Assembly: GCA_013239625.1 (NCBI GenBank)
Contig: MU054466.1
Span: 248,001-312,000 of the forward strand
DNA length: 64,000 nucleotides
Direction: 5' to 3'
From: Lama guanicoe
Taxonomy: Eukaryota
Under the pieces are notes generated by a model that was given only the letters and a program-made list of their open reading frames with translations, did no database searches and was not told the DNA's origin. Numbering within the stretch: the first letter of the stretch is position 1; every line of letters begins with the position of its first letter. Of this stretch, positions 59,120 through 64,000 are shown piece by piece. Position numbers and translations under genes: made by a program.

Positions 59120-59811
59120 CAGTCGTCCCTTGGTGTCAGAGGGGGACTGGTTCCCAGACCCCCCAGGATAACAAAATCCACCAACGCTCAAGCCCCTTGT
59201 ACAAAATGGCGTAGTATTTGCATATAACTTATACACATTCTCCTTAGACTTTATTTTTCAATTTTATCTTTTATTTTTTTTAATTTTTATCTTTCATTTT
59301 TTTAATCTTTTATCTTTATTGCCTCATAGCTTTCCCTACTCTTCGATTTTTTTTGAAGATTTTGAGAAAGATAGAATGTTTGGTAGAATTCACATATGAA
59401 GCCGTCTGGTCCTGGACTTCTATTTTGGGGGAGGTTTTTAATTAATGTTTCAATCTCTATTAGTGATCAGTCTGTTAAGGTTTTCTAGTTTCTCCATGGT
59501 GCAGTCTTGGAAGACAGCATGACTCTAAGAACTTACCCATTTCTTCCGGGCTGCCCAGTTGATTGGCGGGTAGCTCATCATAGCAGTCTCTCTGTTTCCC
59601 TGTGGTTTTCACGCTCCCAGAGACTTTAAGTCATTCCTGGATGACTTGTGATGCCTGATGCAAAGTCACTGCTATGTGAATGGTTGCTGGCTCAGGGCAA
59701 ATTCAAGGTTTGCTTTTCGGGACTTTCTGGAGTTTTTCTCCCACGAATGTTTTCAATCTGCGGTTGACTGAACCCGCAGATAGAGAACCTGTGCATGTGG
59801 AGGGCCAACGG
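59120..59811 (+). mobile_element. MER2 (Tigger/TcMar) DNA transposon split by a retro-insertion
   Basis: TA|CAGTCGTCCCTTGGTGTC...AAAATGGCGTAGTATTTGCATATAAC (left arm to 59253); right arm from 59621 ...TTTTCAATCTGCGGTTGACTGAACCCGCAGAT...GGAGGGCCAACGG. Confidence 0.85.
59254..59620 (-). mobile_element. L1 ORF2-derived insert with A-rich tail, flanked by an AGACTTTA target-site duplication
   Basis: TTTGGTAGAATTCACATATGAAGCCGTCTGGTCCTGGACTT is the L1 ORF2 SPGPDGF..EFYQTF region in reverse; T-rich tail 59254-59320; AGACTTTA at 59246-59253 and 59621-59628. Confidence 0.8.
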
Positions 59812-60552
59812 CATACACGAGATGTTCATCCCGGTTGAGCCAAGAGACAGAATTACAGGCAGATTAATTACAGGTCATTTTCCTCTACCTGTTCCTGTCC
59901 TGACTGGGCCTGAGCAGGTTCTACTCTTATAGTCAAAAACACGTAGTCTTCAAAGATATTTCCTATATTTTAAATATTTTTGCCTAAAAAATGGGAGGGT
60001 TGAGTTTTTTCCTAAGTGTTTACATGTTTAGGAGGGACGAGCAAAGAGCTCCATTGTGCCCCCTCAAATGGTAACTAGAACTCCACCTCCCAGGTCAGGC
60101 TGGGGCTGTGCAGAATGAGGGCGAGCACCCTTGGGAGTGGGGCATGGGATCTCCACTCCCCTTCCCCACCACCTCCCAGGAATCACAGCTGACAAGACGG
60201 TGGGGTCGTGAAACCACCCCAGCTCCTAACCAAGCCCCCCTCGAGGAAGGACACCAGGGGAATACCAGCCCAGCCCTCCCAGAGCAACCCCCAACCACCA
60301 CTGCGCCCCTCCCCCACTCCAACACAGGCTGGCCCTGGAGGCGGCCCCTTTCTGCCCTTCTCCCTTCACCTCTCCCACTGGCAGTGGAGCGACTAACCGA
60401 CAGACGCAGGTGCTTTGGAGGTGGGGGCGGTGCCAGCAGCCAAGGGGTTAATGGTTTGGGCAGGGGCTGGGCGTGGGACGCAAGGGTCAGATGTTCCTCT
60501 GGGATGGGGACCGGCGCGCAGGCTGCTATTCCAGAGCTCTGATCACAGTCAC

Positions 60553-60562
60553 CTATTTATAG
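60553..60562. promoter_or_regulatory. MEF2 consensus site upstream of the MYADML2 ATG
   Basis: CTATTTATAG fits YTA(A/T)4TAR exactly, as an isolated AT patch in GC-rich DNA; E-boxes CAGCTG, CAGGTG and CAGATG lie within 400 bp upstream. Confidence 0.65.
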
Positions 60563-60729
60563 CGCTGGGGGGCCCTCCCCACACGGGCGGCAGAGAGGCG
60601 GCTCTGCTGCAATGTCACCCCGCGTCACCGCCACTGCGGGCTGCCGGCACCTGCCGCTGCCGCAGGAGATACAGAGAAGAGACCCCGGGGCCGCCAGGCA
60701 CTGTGTGGGGTGGGGAAGCGGCCGGCCAC

Positions 60730-61653
60730 ATGGGCAGCACCATGGAGCCCCCCGGGGGCGGCTACCTGCACCTGGGAGCTGTGACGTCCCCGGTGGGCAC
60801 TGCCCGCGCGCTGCAGCTGGCCTTCGGCTGCACCACCTTCAGCCTGGTGGCCCACCGGGGCGGCTTTGCGGGCGTCCAGGGCACCTTCTGTATGGCCGCC
60901 TGGGGCTTCTGCTTCGCACTCTCGGTCCTGGTGGTGGCCTGTGAGCTCACCCGGCTGCACGGCTGCCTGCGCCTGTCCTGGGGAAACTTCACGGCAGCCT
61001 TCGCCATGCTGGCCACGCTGCTGTCCGCCACGGCCGCCGTCATCTACCCGCTCTACTTCACGCGGCTGGAGTGCCCGCCCGAGCCCGAGGGCTGTGCCAC
61101 CAGGGACTTCCGCCTGGCAGCCAGCGTCTTCGCGGGGCTCCTCTTCTTGGCTTATGCCGCAGAGGTGGCCCTGACCCGAGCCCGGCCAGGCCAGGTGGCC
61201 AGCTACATGGCCACTGTGTCGGGGCTCCTCAAGATCGTCCAGGCCTTCGTAGCCTGCATCATATTCGGCGCACTGGTCCACGACAGCCGCTACGGGCGCT
61301 ACATGGCCACCCAGTGGTGTGTGGCCGTCTACAGCCTGTGCTTCCTGGCCACGGTGGCCGTGGTGGCCCTCAGCGTGATGGGACACACGGGGAACCTGGG
61401 CTGCCCCTTCGACCGCGTGGTGGTGATGTACACCTTCCTGGCCGTGCTCCTCTATCTCAGTGCTGCGGTCATCTGGCCCGTCTTCTGTTTCGACCCCAAG
61501 TACGGGGAGCCCAGGAGGCCCCCCGACTGCCTGACGGGCAGCTGTCCCTGGGACAGCCAGCTGGTGGTGGCCACCTTCACCTATGTCAACCTGCTCCTCT
61601 ACGTCGCCGACCTGGCCTACTCCCAGAGGATCCGCTTTGTGCCCACCTTGTAG
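60730..61653 (+). CDS. MYADML2: Myeloid-associated differentiation marker-like 2, 307 aa, two MARVEL domains, single coding exon
   Basis: MGSTMEPPGGGYLHLGAVTSPVGTARALQLAFGCTTFSLV...SYMATVSGLLKIVQAFVACIIF...YSQRIRFVPTL*; about 8 hydrophobic segments; position next to NOTUM fits synteny. Confidence 0.96.
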   Translation: MGSTMEPPGGGYLHLGAVTSPVGTARALQLAFGCTTFSLVAHRGGFAGVQGTFCMAAWGFCFALSVLVVACELTRLHGCLRLSWGNFTAAFAMLATLLSATAAVIYPLYFTRLECPPEPEGCATRDFRLAASVFAGLLFLAYAAEVALTRARPGQVASYMATVSGLLKIVQAFVACIIFGALVHDSRYGRYMATQWCVAVYSLCFLATVAVVALSVMGHTGNLGCPFDRVVVMYTFLAVLLYLSAAVIWPVFCFDPKYGEPRRPPDCLTGSCPWDSQLVVATFTYVNLLLYVADLAYSQRIRFVPTL

Positions 61654-61929
61654 CTGGACAGGCAGCGATCCACCCACCTCTGCTTTCAGAGGTCACGAAG
61701 GGACCCAGGTGAACCCAGACCCCCAAGGATGAGCAGAGGGAGGTAGCCAGGAGAGCTGGGCCTGGACTTCTGGCGGCCCCAGCAGCTGCGCTTGGGGTGG
61801 GGCGGAGGGGGCCAGAGCCGCAGGTGAGGCTTCTGCCAGGCGGCTCCCACCCCTCTCCCCGCTCCCTGTCTGTCTCTGTCTCCGTCGCTCTCCCTTTGCT
61901 GGCACTCCCTGTCTTAGTGCTGGGCAGTG

Positions 61930-62060
61930 TAACACATGAAAATCCTTTGAAGCAGCTGCTGTTATGACCCGCTTTGCAGATGGGGACCCCGAGGCTGGGA
62001 TTAAGGAGTCCGCCCTAACTGTCCACCAGGGTCTGGAGCCCACGTTTGGGCTGAGTGACC
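61930..62060 (-). mobile_element. MIR fragment in the MYADML2 3' UTR
   Basis: TGTTATGACCCGCTTTGCAGATGGGGACCCCGAGGCT, MIR core in reverse. Confidence 0.5.
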
Positions 62061-62664
62061 TAAGTAGAGTTGAAAAGGGGACAGTTCCCAGAGGTGTGGG
62101 AAGGAGTTGGAAGGGAGCCCAGGAGGGGGCCAGAGCTGGGCCAGCGCAGGGGTGTGGAGCAGTGCCCAGAACCCTGGAAGGACAGCTGCCCAAAGAGGGC
62201 CCTACTGGGGCATCCGGGCCGGCCCCAGGAGAAGGAGCTGGGAATCAGGACTCATGGCTCGCCGGCCTCCTCCTCATCACAGTCTCTTGAAGCCAAGCAA
62301 GGATGCTGGAGCTGACGCCCGGGGCCTCCCATCGTCTACCCACCCCTCATGCAGCAGCTTCTGCAGTGCCCACCGTGAGTCCCGAGGGGCTGGCCTGGGG
62401 CAGCCCTGACCCAGAGGAGGGCCAACCTGGGGCAGCCACTGGGACATGGCGTCTGGGCACCAGACACCTCACTGGTGCTCACAGGCCCACGACCTCCACT
62501 CAAATGTTCATTTGCCTGACCACTGACAGCCAGGGCCCGCTGGGGCCCTTGTCCCCCACACTGCAGCCAGCTTCTCCCACTCAAAAGCCCAGACTGGGCC
62601 AGCCCACCGGCCAACCGAGCACAGCAGTCACTTGACCCCGTCTGGTCCACGGCCTTGAGCAGGA

Positions 62665-62670
62665 AATAAA
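62665..62670 (+). terminator. Probable MYADML2 polyadenylation signal
   Basis: First AATAAA after the stop codon (about 1 kb 3' UTR). Confidence 0.65.
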
Positions 62671-63476
62671 CACCAACGCTGATTTGCGCTGAGCAGTTTC
62701 TGCTGAGGAGGCGGTGGCCAGAGGGCGCGGGGGCCACCTGCAGCTCCTGGGTGCTGCCAGAGAAGGGCCTAGACTGGGCCTGGCTGAGGAAGGAGGCAGC
62801 TGTCAGGGGCCAGGGTCCTCTGGCGATGAGGGGCAGCCTCCCAAGGAAGGGGTTCAGCAGTGTCCTCTGGGTGGGGAGCAAGGGGAGGAGGAGGGGGAAG
62901 GAACCTGAGGCACTCACCAGCCCCACACGCCCTCCTCCGCCCCTTGGGCTTTCCTGCCTCCTGGCAGCAGAGCCCCAGCAGCTTACAGGCACAGGGTCCC
63001 AGGGCTCCCTGTGCTGGTGCTGTGCCCAGCGAGAGAGAAACTGCCCACCCGCCCACTGGGGAGGGCACACGCACAGGGTCCTTTAACCTGGAGAGGCTTG
63101 AGTTTAGCAGCAGATCCTGGAGGTGTGGAGCTGCTACTGTGTTTGGAGGTGTCCTGAGGACCCTGCCTGACGTCGGGGTGGGGTGCGTTATCAGGTGACC
63201 AAGCAATTTCTGGGTCACACCCAACCCTGACCATGGGGAGGCTGGGATGGTTTTCCTTCCTTGTCTAACCAAATTTCTGAAATGAGCTATCTGTCACCAA
63301 CTCCCCAATTTCCTCACTGTCCTGTGGACTTCTGCTCTCACAGCTCCATCCACCCTAAGCTTCTAAGAACCTGGTAGGGGGAGATGGAGGAGGGAAGTGG
63401 TTCCAGTCTCATGACAGGCACGGCAGATGTCCTCTGTCCTCTAAGAGGCTGGCCTGGGGATCGTCCTGATGATGCC

Positions 63477-63520
63477 CGCTCCCTGGACCAGGGACTCTCG
63501 CTCCCTGGACCAGGGACTCT
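63477..63520 (+). repeat. Exact 22-nt tandem duplication containing a palindrome
   Basis: CGCTCCCTGGACCAGGGACTCT x2; each unit holds TCCCTGG-A-CCAGGGA. Confidence 0.9.
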
Positions 63521-64000
63521 CACTTCCTGGGGGAGGGGCCTATCTGCTCTTGCCACTTGAGAAACAACTCTTTTTAAAGGAGGGGCTCTGTACTTTGACG
63601 GTAAACATCTGGGTGAGAAGTGGTGGGAACCCCGCCCAGGTTTGTGTCTCTGGGTCTGAGTCTGGGCCACTCCCCCGAGCAGTCCATCCCAGACAGGAAC
63701 TTAATACAGCTCTCCCCTGCACCTGCATACGAGGGTGAGGACTGAAGGCCAGGACAGACGAACATCTGCGGAGACCTGGAAATCAGCCATGTACACATGC
63801 TCACTACACAGTGGTCTGGTGCTCCTGGTTATTGTGTCAAGGAGAACTCACAGCCCTGCTTCTGGGGCACAAACGTCCAAGCAATGCTGAAATTACTTTA
63901 GAACAGCCTGTCATCACTTAAGATAGAGAACAGAGAGAATAAAGCTGCTCACTCTCTCCCTGATGGGGGATGGGTTGTCAATGATGATTGCTCTTAACCC

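Noticed and set aside
60625-61677. 350-aa antisense ORF
   Set aside because: Shadow of the GC3-rich MYADML2 coding strand; no recognisable domain.
1-64000. Prokaryotic-type systems (CRISPR array, operons, IS elements)
   Set aside because: No regularly spaced repeat-spacer arrays; the DNA is intron-containing mammalian sequence, and the remaining short ORFs lack splice or homology support.

Overview
GC-rich mammalian genomic DNA, probably camelid (judged from tRNA-Ala-derived vic-1-type SINEs), matching the human 17q25.3 gene block in reverse orientation. It holds LRRC45 (-, first 6 coding exons, runs off the left edge), CENPX/STRA13 (+, complete, shares a bidirectional CpG promoter with LRRC45), ASPSCR1/TUG (-, complete, 16 exons, 551 aa), NOTUM (+, complete, 11 coding exons, 500 aa, 230-N assembly gap in its 5' region) and MYADML2 (+, single coding exon, 307 aa). 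All exon structures were built by hand from GT-AG junctions and are in frame. Nearly all other ORFs in the track are GC-content artefacts. The most notable non-coding signal is a set of TCF/LEF (Wnt-response) motifs: six in about 1 kb of ASPSCR1 intron 7, a near-perfect palindromic double site in intron 4, a group between CENPX and ASPSCR1, and one beside the NOTUM core promoter. These may form a long-range Wnt-feedback enhancer set for NOTUM hosted inside ASPSCR1 (inference). Other points: a SAGG-to-SAGA change beside the NOTUM catalytic serine, a very weak last-intron donor in ASPSCR1, a CLEAR/E-box at the ASPSCR1 start, and an unusual TSD-flanked L1-derived insert nested in MER2. Comparisons with human/mouse proteins and repeat consensuses are from memory and need database confirmation.
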